Shown here in pieces: positions 26,601 to 35,275 of a stretch of DNA of 64,000 nucleotides. Below the pieces are notes generated by a model, which was not told the origin of the DNA, made no database searches, and saw only the letters and a program-made list of their open reading frames with translations. The translations under genes and the position numbers were made by a program. Numbering within the stretch: the stretch's first letter is position 1; each line of letters opens with the position of its first letter. The stretch lies in the IMG/VR virus record IMGVR_UViG_3300023278_002893, positions 62,001-126,000 of that record; one strand, 5' to 3'.

Positions 26601-27387
26601 TTGTGGGATCATACATAGTCAATTCATAATCCCAGAGCGCCCAGGTCTTTTCTTCCCAACTCAACTTCCACGGCTTCTTCGACTGACGCTTAACCTGGCG
26701 CATAAAATTATCTGAAATAGCGACAGAAACATTGAATGTCTGCCATGGATAGGGGTTAGTCCATTGCCACTGCTCGAACATACTCTCATCGGTGATCACT
26801 GCAAACTTGCGAAGATTCTCCCAATTGCCTCGGGACTTCTTCGTAATAAACTTCAGAAGACCGGGGTGGGTATCATTCAGAATACCCATATTAGCGCCGC
26901 TACGATTACCTCCCTGCTGAATATTAGAGGAAGCGTATCCCATAGAAGTAATGAAACCTTCAGGGCCACTTGCGCGCGCATTGGCACCCTTACACCAAGC
27001 GCCTGCCGGGCGCAAGCTGGAGAAGTTGATCCCCGTGCCTCCCCCATGTGCCTGGATATGGAAGTGAATCCGCTGGGCCTCAGAGATCTCCTCCCGGCTG
27101 TCCCCAATACCTAGGACAAAACAATTGAACATGTTCTTGATCCCCGTACCTGCTTGGGCAAGAGGACGTCCTGCGTACATGATCTTCTTCTCTTCGCACA
27201 GGGTCTGCGCGAGGGCTCTTCGGTGGTCCTCATCGTTCTGATAAATATAGTTATTTGTACGATTAAATGTTTCAAAAATATCCTTCTCGACCGGGAGACC
27301 GGAGTCGTCTTTGAGGTAATAACGGGAACCCGCAATAGACTCGTGAGCGGGATTAGTGAAGTAAGTTTTAGCTGTGTACTTACCCAT
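23614..27387 (-). CDS. nrdJ: Class II (B12-dependent) ribonucleotide reductase, intein-containing
   Basis: NCFV, GGGTG.NFS.LRP, TNPCAEQ..CCL, RRIGLG, APTGT, DSSVSK/TIN, C-terminal TSCPD-like domain and CxxC...ESGCVKCADCGHSGC; no beta-subunit gene nearby. Confidence 0.9.
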   Translation of the reverse strand: MGKYTAKTYFTNPAHESIAGSRYYLKDDSGLPVEKDIFETFNRTNNYIYQNDEDHRRALAQTLCEEKKIMYAGRPLAQAGTGIKNMFNCFVLGIGDSREEISEAQRIHFHIQAHGGGTGINFSSLRPAGAWCKGANARASGPEGFITSMGYASSNIQQGGNRSGANMGILNDTHPGLLKFITKKSRGNWENLRKFAVITDESMFEQWQWTNPYPWQTFNVSVAISDNFMRQVKRQSKKPWKLSWEEKTWALWDYELTMYDPTMPGVETVIPISVCAPDEEIALHEATNEVPFRNTKHLKLVKSSYHLTAYEWFRRICTNAWEDGCPGIFFVDRARAYHNGEYFNPLDATNPCAEQVLPPWSVCCLSSLVLPEFVNEDGSVDWDGLREAVFVLVRSLNWITLLNETGVEKIDENTQKERRIGLGTIGMHEALIRMSMRTDKDYIYSQDSGRGMAKKILKFIKHTAYEASIDMAKEIGPFPAYDFKKFKKSKFIQQLLKERPDLEKELKTHGIANVTILTQAPTGTTGTITGYSSGCEPYFAMAYQRNSNIGTIMDGCPSFLEWMETRGIDFAEYNHDFRELRRHKRVPKYFEQAQDISWQDHLAMQAVFSEQVDSSVSKCLAGGTLINTNRGILPIEQCGNARGVDVFGEPLQDLMVIDEKGIHRKVLSHYSAGEKDATSLVLQNGSSITGASDSHKVKTIGGWKTLGDLVPDDLIFINDDFEVFDVENSRTINIDFDRKTNANFINLPDKMSVYLAKLLGMLAADGHLEESTGKVSLYEKDSGNVGNFYNTLAEDVFGVIPEVHIDSRTGVVEHRLTSRVLVRYLRELIGYRSDDKRVPDQILQGSFAEKRHFIEGLTLDGYLRPGRGLVVYEGKSQALAYQVAEMLRSFGKPRVYCGKKLVKSHGYYVHSVMVSDELMQTITPLELHKCSPKVNGGRAHLVAFEHEDVFTLPIKSDHPRYSAVRNLRQRRSQHCTRELAEELGLEILGKVMKISSIENSGKISMYDVEVEESHNYLVSGIVSHNTINLPPEATVDDIMGAYIGAFDSNIKSTAVYRDGSKTQILETLKNPSKNPGSRPKTVVTMNAPVRPDDLDCDIHTVSVKGEKWKVLVGLLHGKPYEVFCFPEEHIEISSSRTGGMLRRNGHGRYNLVIGTGEDTWTIKNVAQLLLNDEHRMVTRLLSTSLRHGAPLNALVSQLTKCDGEVTAFSKAILRVLKKYITDEEYLEVSRCRSCQSKKLIMESGCVKCADCGHSGCE
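24313..25533 (-). mobile_element. Intein with LAGLIDADG homing endonuclease (407 aa) in nrdJ
   Basis: Starts CLAGGTLI after VSK; ends YDVEVEESHNYLVSGIVSHN before Thr+1; LAGLIDADG blocks LLGMLAADG and FIEGLTLDG; AT-richer than the exteins. Confidence 0.92.
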
Positions 27388-27422
27388 AGTACAGCGGTGC
27401 CTCCTTGTAATTCTGTTAGTTT

Positions 27423-27788
27423 TTACAGATTGGTTATAGTATCGCCAACACTAATACCATTCTGTTCGAAAAAACCAACAGGGGCCTCTAGTGCATAGCG
27501 TGCGCGGTTTGTGGATGCCTGTGTTACCCCATCTGAGGCACTCAACACTTTGATTTCTTCTATCAATCCGTCGTTTGAAATGAATGCTACATCCAGATCT
27601 ATCAAACAACCTACAGGTGTCATTTGTATTGGTGCGATCCAACCAAAATCAAATAACATTCCATCATAGACTCCCAGATCATCTACCCCCTTGAGTCCAG
27701 CCGTCAACTCAACACCTGTATATGCACAGGAAACTTCGTAACTGGAATCGTTAATAACAATAGTCTTACCTGGTGGTAGTTCGTGCAT
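27423..27788 (-). CDS. DUF192 family protein
   Basis: GL...DGMLFDF...M....IDLDVAFI...RYALEAPVG...GISVGD. Confidence 0.75.
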   Translation of the reverse strand: MHELPPGKTIVINDSSYEVSCAYTGVELTAGLKGVDDLGVYDGMLFDFGWIAPIQMTPVGCLIDLDVAFISNDGLIEEIKVLSASDGVTQASTNRARYALEAPVGFFEQNGISVGDTITNL

Positions 27789-28269
27789 CTATGAATCTCC
27801 TTCTCTCTCTATATTTGTTTATATCTCGACTGGTCAGCCTCAAGTCTATGCTGATATCATTAAGAGAATCTACAATTTGCGGGAAAATCTCCGCCAACTC
27901 TTTGAATACCCCCAAGTCGATGCTGTCATATGCTACCCTTCCAATATCGATGTAATCTCCTAAAGTATAAGCAGTCTTTCTTTTACGTGCATGAAAACTA
28001 TCTGGAAAAATACCCGACACGAGGAGCGCCAGATCGCCAGTTACTCTTAAATACTCATGCCTTATGTTCCCACTAGAGTTCAACCCCTGTCTCAACATGT
28101 CGTCAAGGCGTAAAGATCTAGGATCTGCATAAGTAGCATGAATGCTAGAACATAACACCTCAACAATATATCCCTCCAAACGAGGATCAATCTGTTTATC
28201 CTCCAGGGCAGCACTGACTAAAGATGTAAAAGTCTCCTTACTGGTACTCAATAGTATCGCTATAACCAA
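27766..28269 (-). CDS. Conserved hypothetical helical protein
   Basis: LRVTGDLALLVSGIFPDS...YIDIGRVAY...FKELA resembles an uncharacterised bacterial family. Confidence 0.6.
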   Translation of the reverse strand: MVIAILLSTSKETFTSLVSAALEDKQIDPRLEGYIVEVLCSSIHATYADPRSLRLDDMLRQGLNSSGNIRHEYLRVTGDLALLVSGIFPDSFHARKRKTAYTLGDYIDIGRVAYDSIDLGVFKELAEIFPQIVDSLNDISIDLRLTSRDINKYRERRRFIDARTTTR

Positions 28270-28278
28270 ATGCGCCTC

Positions 28279-30228
28279 CTATTTGCTCCAGTGGTCGGCG
28301 ATAGTAACCTCTACCCCATCATCCTTTCCAACCGGAACAGTCCGGACAAAGCGATGGAACGCCTGTCTCATGACTTCAGCCTTGATCTCCGATACTTCCT
28401 CTGCTCTATCATCAGGTACCTCTGAAACGATTTCATCATGGACGGTAAATAAAAGCTTGGCGCCATTGATCTTATCATATACTCTCTGGAGCCGGTTAAG
28501 AGCCTCCTTGGTAATGTCCGCATTAGTACCTTGGATAACAGCATTGTTACCTGCCCGGCGAGTTGCGTTCTTAGAACGCCTGAACATCTGCTCGTCTTCC
28601 GGATCAGCAAGAGTGTAGTAGCGTTTTCGGCCGATTATGGTTTTGCTGTGTCGGAGAGCGATAGACTCATGTCCATTGCGATCCAACCACCGTTTAATAC
28701 CACTATACGTATTGAAGTAATCATCAAGAATCCCCTCAGCCTCACCTTGTGGAATCTTAAATCGTCCCGCAAGAGACCACGCACTGAGACCATAAGCAAT
28801 ACCGAAGTTAATCACCTTAGTCTTGCTTCGGAAGTCATAAACCTTACGATATATAGATACGTCAGATTCACTGTACAAGTCAAGTAGATTAACTGACGGA
28901 TGATCCTTTTTCTTAATTTCATTATACACATCTAGATCCGCGTCAGTAAATCCAAACACCTGCTTTGCTGTAATGATATGGAGATCCCCTCCTCCCTCAA
29001 AAATTTCAATAAAGCGTCGATCTTGTGAGACTTCCGCCAGGATGCGCAACTCACACTGACTATAATCCGCAGTAAGAATCTTGTTTCCCGGCAACGCTTT
29101 GAAGCATTCGCGGAAAGAGATCTTTACAAACTCATCCTCCCTATCCTGAGGCATGTTCTGTAGATTAGGTTTATCCGAACTAAGACGCCCAGTTGTAGTT
29201 CCCAGCTGATGAAACGTAGCGTGAAGTCTGTGCGTGGTGCGCGAAATCTTCTGTAGAACAGGCTCTCCATATGTAGAGACTAACTTATCGTAACCTCTCC
29301 ACTCCAGAAGGAGTCTGGCCAGGTCGTGATCTATATCCTGAAGGGTCTTCTCCTCGGTGTTCTCCAAGCTATATCCTAACTTGTCAAACGCATCTAATAA
29401 CTGATCCTTACTGGAAATATTCACCGTGGAGGCGCCAAAGAGCGTGTTCTGCTCCTGGAAAGGCTCCAATATGGTAGTTATATCTTTACTAATTACTACC
29501 GACTGATCCTTAGCTTCTTGTATGATTCTACGCCAATGTTCCTGGTCGATGGTAACGCCATTGAGTTCCATTTCTGAATTCGGCCGAAGAAATTCAAATT
29601 CCAACAGAGCAGTGTCAATGAGACCCTCACGCATCAACATGCCGCTAAGAACATCCACCAGCGGGTGTAAGAAAAGCACATCATCTGCCGCGTATTGCAA
29701 CTGTTTGGGCGTAAATTCCTTGTGATATTGATGGTTAATGAAGCTGGTACGGACAGACTTGTCCATGTTAATACCTAGGAACTTCTTCGCCAGGAATGCC
29801 AAACTCTTATAAGGGAATTGCTTCTTATGCTTCTCCCCCATTGGAATAAAACCACCACGATTGTCATCTATAATACCCGAGGTTAGAAGTCTGTAGGCTA
29901 TTTGAGTATCAAACATACCATCCAGTTGGATACCCAACTGCTTACGGGTAGCCTGATAATCGAACTTAAGGTTATGTCCAATTTTAAGGATACCAGGATC
30001 CTCCAAGATAGGCCCTAAAAGACGACCGTCTATCTTACGAGGATCGAAGAGATAAGCCACCTCCTCGGTACCCAGCTGCATTAGAAGCAACCTGTCAATG
30101 CCCTCAACCACCTTCAATCCGGTGGTTTCCACATCATAACCTAGGCGGGAGAAAGTTGAAAGATACTCTAGTGCCTCTTTGGCCTTATACTCATCATCGA
30201 CATAGACGTAATTGCAATCCTCTATCAC
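28279..30228 (-). CDS. polA: DNA polymerase family A (3'-5' exonuclease plus polymerase; no 5'-3' exonuclease)
   Basis: YDVETTG, GHNLKFD, YAADD, TTTGRLSSDKPNLQN, motif A ADYSQCELR, motif B KVINFGIAYG (Phe at the E. coli 762-equivalent), motif C TVHDEI. Confidence 0.95.
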   Translation of the reverse strand: MIEDCNYVYVDDEYKAKEALEYLSTFSRLGYDVETTGLKVVEGIDRLLLMQLGTEEVAYLFDPRKIDGRLLGPILEDPGILKIGHNLKFDYQATRKQLGIQLDGMFDTQIAYRLLTSGIIDDNRGGFIPMGEKHKKQFPYKSLAFLAKKFLGINMDKSVRTSFINHQYHKEFTPKQLQYAADDVLFLHPLVDVLSGMLMREGLIDTALLEFEFLRPNSEMELNGVTIDQEHWRRIIQEAKDQSVVISKDITTILEPFQEQNTLFGASTVNISSKDQLLDAFDKLGYSLENTEEKTLQDIDHDLARLLLEWRGYDKLVSTYGEPVLQKISRTTHRLHATFHQLGTTTGRLSSDKPNLQNMPQDREDEFVKISFRECFKALPGNKILTADYSQCELRILAEVSQDRRFIEIFEGGGDLHIITAKQVFGFTDADLDVYNEIKKKDHPSVNLLDLYSESDVSIYRKVYDFRSKTKVINFGIAYGLSAWSLAGRFKIPQGEAEGILDDYFNTYSGIKRWLDRNGHESIALRHSKTIIGRKRYYTLADPEDEQMFRRSKNATRRAGNNAVIQGTNADITKEALNRLQRVYDKINGAKLLFTVHDEIVSEVPDDRAEEVSEIKAEVMRQAFHRFVRTVPVGKDDGVEVTIADHWSK

Positions 30229-31130
30229 TTTAATGCCCTTTTTCTTTTCTTGATCATTGCGGCCAATTCGGTTTCAAAGTCGGCGGCACATTCAAAACAT
30301 AGGAGTTCAGTCGCTTGGGTAGTATCTGCCACTGAGTCGGTAACTTTTATCCTATTATCTTCTAGAAATTTGAGCTGACCTTTGAACTCAGTGACTTCTT
30401 TTATCTTGGTGGCCAAATCCTTTATAGACATACCCACCCCGGTGCCAATATCCAAAATACCGAGATCTTTTATCCTAGAATTAACAACCAATTCCGTGGC
30501 ACGCACAGCATCCGACACGTGAATAAAGTCGCGAACACGATTGACGTTATAAAGAGCGACGTCGCGCCCCGTTAGCATGACATCTGTAAGGAAATTGATC
30601 ATGCTGTTGGAGGAAAAGGATTTGCTCAGACCATACATCTCAGAAAACCTCAACGACACCGGCTCTATGCCCAGCAGAGGCGCAACAAGATGGAGGAGAT
30701 CCTCACTCCCCCGCTTTGAAATACCGTAATGCGATACCGCATCACGGGCGGCCTCACAGGAAGCGAAGATTATCTTAGAAGGTTTGGTATTAACCACACT
30801 ACACGCATCTAAAAGATTAGCCATCCCCACATAGTTGGTCTCAGCACACGTTCGAAAATTATCCACCGATTCTGGCCTCGTTACAAATGCGGCCAGGTGA
30901 ATGATGACGTCAGGCTTATCCCTATCAATGACCCTGAAGATATCGTAGTAGTTACGAATGTTACCCACGACTGCGGGATGGACATTCTTCCTCTTCGGGA
31001 ATTTCTGCGCAAGAGATGACCCGTGCATAAAACTATCCAGGATAAAAATCTGGTTGCTGCGAGTCTTGGCCAGGCTAGCTATCAACTCCTGCCCAAGAAA
31101 ACCAGCACCGCCTGTAATTAGAATCCTCAT
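30225..31130 (-). CDS. NAD-dependent epimerase/dehydratase
   Basis: TGGAGFLG, HLAA, YGISK, RDFIHVSD. Confidence 0.85.
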   Translation of the reverse strand: MRILITGGAGFLGQELIASLAKTRSNQIFILDSFMHGSSLAQKFPKRKNVHPAVVGNIRNYYDIFRVIDRDKPDVIIHLAAFVTRPESVDNFRTCAETNYVGMANLLDACSVVNTKPSKIIFASCEAARDAVSHYGISKRGSEDLLHLVAPLLGIEPVSLRFSEMYGLSKSFSSNSMINFLTDVMLTGRDVALYNVNRVRDFIHVSDAVRATELVVNSRIKDLGILDIGTGVGMSIKDLATKIKEVTEFKGQLKFLEDNRIKVTDSVADTTQATELLCFECAADFETELAAMIKKRKRALK

Positions 31131-31131
31131 C

Positions 31132-32052
31132 CTAGCTAGATTCCTTTAGAATCTCAAGATACCTAGCGTATGCACGGAGTTCTCCCGCAGACTCCCCATC
31201 AATACCTTCCCTACAGTGACGGTTCTTTTCGATGAACTCAGACAGCACGGGGTGTAGTTTTTCAGAAACCATAAGGCTGTTGAAGTGGGAAAACAAAGAG
31301 ACCTCTGGGTGATGTTCCGCAAGCAATCTTTTCATCTCATGCCATTCTTCAGTACGAATGCCATCCGATCGTCCCCCTCCCGGCCACTCCCCTGCAATAA
31401 AATAATTGCGACAAGCGTTGCGGTACTCATCCCGTGTGCTCTTTATGTGATAGTAGTGTGCCTTACTTCTAGCCACCGGCCCAGTCATTCCCTGAAGAGC
31501 CTGATGTAGATCCACATCGTATCGCATGTTGGGATTCCACTTGAAGAAAATTTGCCGATAATACTCACACGGCCCATTATCTACACGATTAGCCCAGTCA
31601 CCTTCCTTGTAGGAAATATCATTGGCCCGAAATTCCATCACACCAAAATTACGACCACCCTCAGACTGCTTAACCGCTTCTCTGAGAGAGGTAAGCAACT
31701 CTGCGGAAGGAACCTCATCATCATCACAGAGGAGAACCCAACCCCCCTTGACGTGCTTTAGATATTCATTATACTGGTTGGCAAAGCTGTCATCCCACTC
31801 TCGCTGGAACACCTCAACCTTAGAACCCAGAGACTTGAGATACTCATAAGACCCGTCCTTACTGAAACCATCCACAATTACTGCACGATCTACATAAGGG
31901 AGAACTACGGGAAGGTTCCTCTTGACGTTATTGATCCTGTCTTGGGTAACAGAGACATAAGTAATAGTATCGTCAGACCACACGTTCGTAGGAACAGCCA
32001 CCATGGGTTCAACGTTGTCAGACGAGGTTGTTCTAAATCCTTCAAATTTCAT
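31132..32052 (-). CDS. Glycosyltransferase family 2-like protein
   Basis: IVDGFSKDGS, WDDSFANQYN, LCDDDE. Confidence 0.7.
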   Translation of the reverse strand: MKFEGFRTTSSDNVEPMVAVPTNVWSDDTITYVSVTQDRINNVKRNLPVVLPYVDRAVIVDGFSKDGSYEYLKSLGSKVEVFQREWDDSFANQYNEYLKHVKGGWVLLCDDDEVPSAELLTSLREAVKQSEGGRNFGVMEFRANDISYKEGDWANRVDNGPCEYYRQIFFKWNPNMRYDVDLHQALQGMTGPVARSKAHYYHIKSTRDEYRNACRNYFIAGEWPGGGRSDGIRTEEWHEMKRLLAEHHPEVSLFSHFNSLMVSEKLHPVLSEFIEKNRHCREGIDGESAGELRAYARYLEILKESS

Positions 32053-32061
32053 TTGTTTCTC

Positions 32062-32961
32062 CTAGTAAGTCATCTCACCTTGATGGGGTTTGCGATCCTT
32101 ATTGTATGGGATCTCTTTGTTTCCGGCCAAATAAATATTCTGATCGGGGTGCATGAGTCCGAAATAGACCGTAAACCAACTACGAGCCTCAGAGTTCTCA
32201 CTATCACGATTCAACAACATCCACTGCTTGAACTCGTCCTTGATTGTACCATTGACCATCTCAGGGTAGAACTGATCAAAGGTCTCGAATCCATTGTCAG
32301 AACACATCTTCTTGAACTCTGCCCACTCAGGAACGCTAGTGTTGTTCTGGGCAACTTCTCCCGTACTCCAATAATTCTTACACCCCCGCAATAGCTCCGA
32401 CGCGGTAGTCTTGATGTGGAAATAACGATAATCCACCTGACCAACCGAGGGCTGCGCATAAGGGGTGTGTATCCCACCATGAGTCTCGCCGTTCCAGTTT
32501 ATTCCACGAGACACTTTGAAAAGAACAGGGTTGTAGTAATTAGACTTGTTGTCATATACCTCACCCTCGATGCTGATTCTAATATCATGTGCATTGAATG
32601 CTATCCTATTCACACCACCGGCCTCAGCCTTGGCTATCATAGTACGCAGTTGATACAGTGCGGGATCTTCTAAGAACTCATCGCAATCCATGTGGAAACA
32701 CCACGAGTCCTCAGGGAGCTTGCTTAGATACGCATTCCGAAGTGTTGGCGGGTGATAGGGAACATTGATTATTTCCCACGCCACATTCCACGCCTTGCAC
32801 TCTGCAGAAGCTAGAAACTCCTCACTCTCCTTACAGCTTCCATGCAGAATAATAATAGATCGATCTGCAAATGGGGCATGCGTACGAACAACCTTTATCA
32901 ATTCTTGTGGTCTTCCTTTAACTACCGTTGCAAAGATCAATTCTGTCATAATAATCTCCAA
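32062..32961 (-). CDS. Glycosyltransferase family 2-like protein (paralog of 31132..32052)
   Basis: LRNAYL, HMDCDEF, GETH, and shared YFHIK...CKNY and EWxEFKK blocks. Confidence 0.6.
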   Translation of the reverse strand: MEIIMTELIFATVVKGRPQELIKVVRTHAPFADRSIIILHGSCKESEEFLASAECKAWNVAWEIINVPYHPPTLRNAYLSKLPEDSWCFHMDCDEFLEDPALYQLRTMIAKAEAGGVNRIAFNAHDIRISIEGEVYDNKSNYYNPVLFKVSRGINWNGETHGGIHTPYAQPSVGQVDYRYFHIKTTASELLRGCKNYWSTGEVAQNNTSVPEWAEFKKMCSDNGFETFDQFYPEMVNGTIKDEFKQWMLLNRDSENSEARSWFTVYFGLMHPDQNIYLAGNKEIPYNKDRKPHQGEMTY

Positions 32962-33742
32962 CCTCTTTTAAAATGTCTACCCTATCAAAGGTAAGACCTA
33001 ATTCTTTTGGGGAATTGAACTGATAACATACGCTTGTCATCAGCTCTCCCATCAGTTTCACATCAATATTATACTTTTCGTTTAGATAACTGGCGACATC
33101 CAACAAATTTGTCGGCTGTCCGGATCCTATATCAACTCCCTTGGGGTGATCTAGGGCAATACCTTTCTCGACAGATTGCTGGGTAAATTCTCCCAACAAC
33201 CTGACTGCCTCATCAATAGGAATAAAATCACGGAGACAGGAATATACCTGCACCGCCCCTTCCCTCTTTGCGGTATAGACCATCTTAGAAAGACCATCTT
33301 TGTCGGGGTCACGATTGAATATCGTAGAGAACCTGATATTTTTGTACGCCACTTTATCCACATACCGCAATGCCATCTTCTCCATCAGGAACTTAGACCA
33401 CGCATATAGACTCATATCCGACGGGTGTTTATAACAACGCCAAGTTGCCAGGACACTCATCGAACTTATAAGTATAACCGGAAAAGAAGAACCCCGTACC
33501 TGATGGACAATCTCTAGAACATCCATCGGCAGGAACGCGTTATCATCTATCAGCTGGATCTCACTGTCAGAAGACAGAGAGGCTCCAGCACACACCAACG
33601 CATCGACACTCATTAACTTATCAGCCAAGACATCATATTGAGACCTATTCCTATAACGAACAGAAACTGGAACAGTCTCGGGGAACTGTCTTATAAATTC
33701 CCGACCAATAGAACCACTAGCTCCTGTTAGAGCAACCCGCAT
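32918..33742 (-). CDS. NAD-dependent epimerase/reductase (extended SDR)
   Basis: TGASGSIG, ISSMS, YAWSK, RDFI. Confidence 0.75.
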   Translation of the reverse strand: MRVALTGASGSIGREFIRQFPETVPVSVRYRNRSQYDVLADKLMSVDALVCAGASLSSDSEIQLIDDNAFLPMDVLEIVHQVRGSSFPVILISSMSVLATWRCYKHPSDMSLYAWSKFLMEKMALRYVDKVAYKNIRFSTIFNRDPDKDGLSKMVYTAKREGAVQVYSCLRDFIPIDEAVRLLGEFTQQSVEKGIALDHPKGVDIGSGQPTNLLDVASYLNEKYNIDVKLMGELMTSVCYQFNSPKELGLTFDRVDILKEVGDYYDRIDLCNGS

Positions 33743-34698
33743 TATCTCAACTCCTCCTCATCCCGGGGTCTTACTACCAGTTCCTGCCAATATCGGAAGA
33801 TATTCAATCCATTCTCCACATAATGAGAAACCTTTTCGCCTCTCAAATAATTTAGCACCATCTCAGGCTCGTTGAATCCCGCCAAAGTACGAGCTGCGGT
33901 AGTTCCAGAACAACGGGCATTAATCTCCAGCACGTAGGGAATGTTATCCCTAACTATAAGCTGAACATTACAAGGCCCGAAAGGTTTGATCTCACTAATC
34001 AACTCGCGGAGAAATTCCATAACCATCGGGTTTTGATTTACTCGTGCTTTATAGGTATCCCCAGAGCGCAGCTCCCGGGTCATGCAGATTATACCCTTGA
34101 CGTCCCCATCGAAGCTGACTGTGCCGCAAGTATATTCCTCTCCCTCTATATACGACTGCATTATCTGCTGAGAACCCGCCTCAATGTTACTATTGGCCTC
34201 CCACCGGGTGGGAAACCTCATAAAGCCCTGAGAACGGCAACCTGTACGGGGTTTAAGGATAACAGGTTCTTCCGGAATCCCCGCACACCCACCCGTTTCG
34301 TAATCATACGTAGGAGTGAAAGGCAGATTCTTAAACTCAAGAAACTTCATCAGCGCAAACTTATCCTCACTGAGGGTTATTACATCAGGCGTGCTTATAA
34401 TAGGAGTAATTCCAGAAGCACGAAGCTTCTCAGCCTGTTCGGAAATTACTTCAAGCTCTGCGTCAAACCCGGAGAAAAGATATTTAGCTCCAGAGCCGTG
34501 GCAGATACTGATGAGACTATCTATGAATTCTGGGTCGGTATAATTCTTGCCTATGTACCCGTAATCTGCCATGTAAAGTCCGGCAGCTTGATTACTAGGA
34601 TCAATAGCAACTGATTCATACTCGGTATCTTTTAGAGACTTTATGATACTCTGACCTACCCCTCCGCCTGCAGCGGTGACTGCTACTTTTGTACTCAT
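33742..34698 (-). CDS. ATP-grasp ligase (short CarB-like family found in glycan clusters)
   Basis: VTAAGGGVG, DK, KPRTGCRS, QSYIEGEEYT, GPCNVQ, EINARCSGT. Confidence 0.8.
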   Translation of the reverse strand: MSTKVAVTAAGGGVGQSIIKSLKDTEYESVAIDPSNQAAGLYMADYGYIGKNYTDPEFIDSLISICHGSGAKYLFSGFDAELEVISEQAEKLRASGITPIISTPDVITLSEDKFALMKFLEFKNLPFTPTYDYETGGCAGIPEEPVILKPRTGCRSQGFMRFPTRWEANSNIEAGSQQIMQSYIEGEEYTCGTVSFDGDVKGIICMTRELRSGDTYKARVNQNPMVMEFLRELISEIKPFGPCNVQLIVRDNIPYVLEINARCSGTTAARTLAGFNEPEMVLNYLRGEKVSHYVENGLNIFRYWQELVVRPRDEEELR

Positions 34699-35273
34699 GT
34701 CGTTATACTCCCCAATTCCTCAAAGATCACATCATTTCCATCCAGTAGGGCGTAACCTCGTGAATGCCCTCTTCTACCATGTGTAATGGAGCCTGGATTT
34801 ATAACCGACCGGCGGTCAAATCTAAACCAATTCTGGGTATGTGTATGTCCTATAACAATTATGTCCTTATCTGTTTGGTCCAATAAGAGACGGGCAGAAT
34901 CCTCTACAAAGATGTAATCGTTAACTGGATGAGTGTGGGTAACAAATATGTTACCTTCCTCATACACCTCCGGCAAAGACTCCATGTACTCTCTATATTT
35001 ACCTTTAAGGTTCTCCCTGGCCCATAGTACGGGTTCGGTGATGAAATCCGGATAGGGAGACAGGTTGTAGTCCTCATCCAACACCATCTCATCGTGATTT
35101 CCTCTAACAGTCTTCACGTCCAAATCTATGAGCATGTCAATGACATACTCCAAGTCAGTGTTATAGCCGCAAATATCCCCGGCACAGATCAGCTCATCAA
35201 AGCCACCCGCAACGGCCTCGATATCCTGAGACGCCCTCTTGCTGGAATGTATGTCGCTGAATAGTAATTTCAT
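34695..35273 (-). CDS. Calcineurin-like metallophosphoesterase
   Basis: SDIHS, GDICG, RGNHD, GHTH, NPGS. Confidence 0.85.
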   Translation of the reverse strand: MKLLFSDIHSSKRASQDIEAVAGGFDELICAGDICGYNTDLEYVIDMLIDLDVKTVRGNHDEMVLDEDYNLSPYPDFITEPVLWARENLKGKYREYMESLPEVYEEGNIFVTHTHPVNDYIFVEDSARLLLDQTDKDIIVIGHTHTQNWFRFDRRSVINPGSITHGRRGHSRGYALLDGNDVIFEELGSITT

Positions 35274-35275
35274 TT

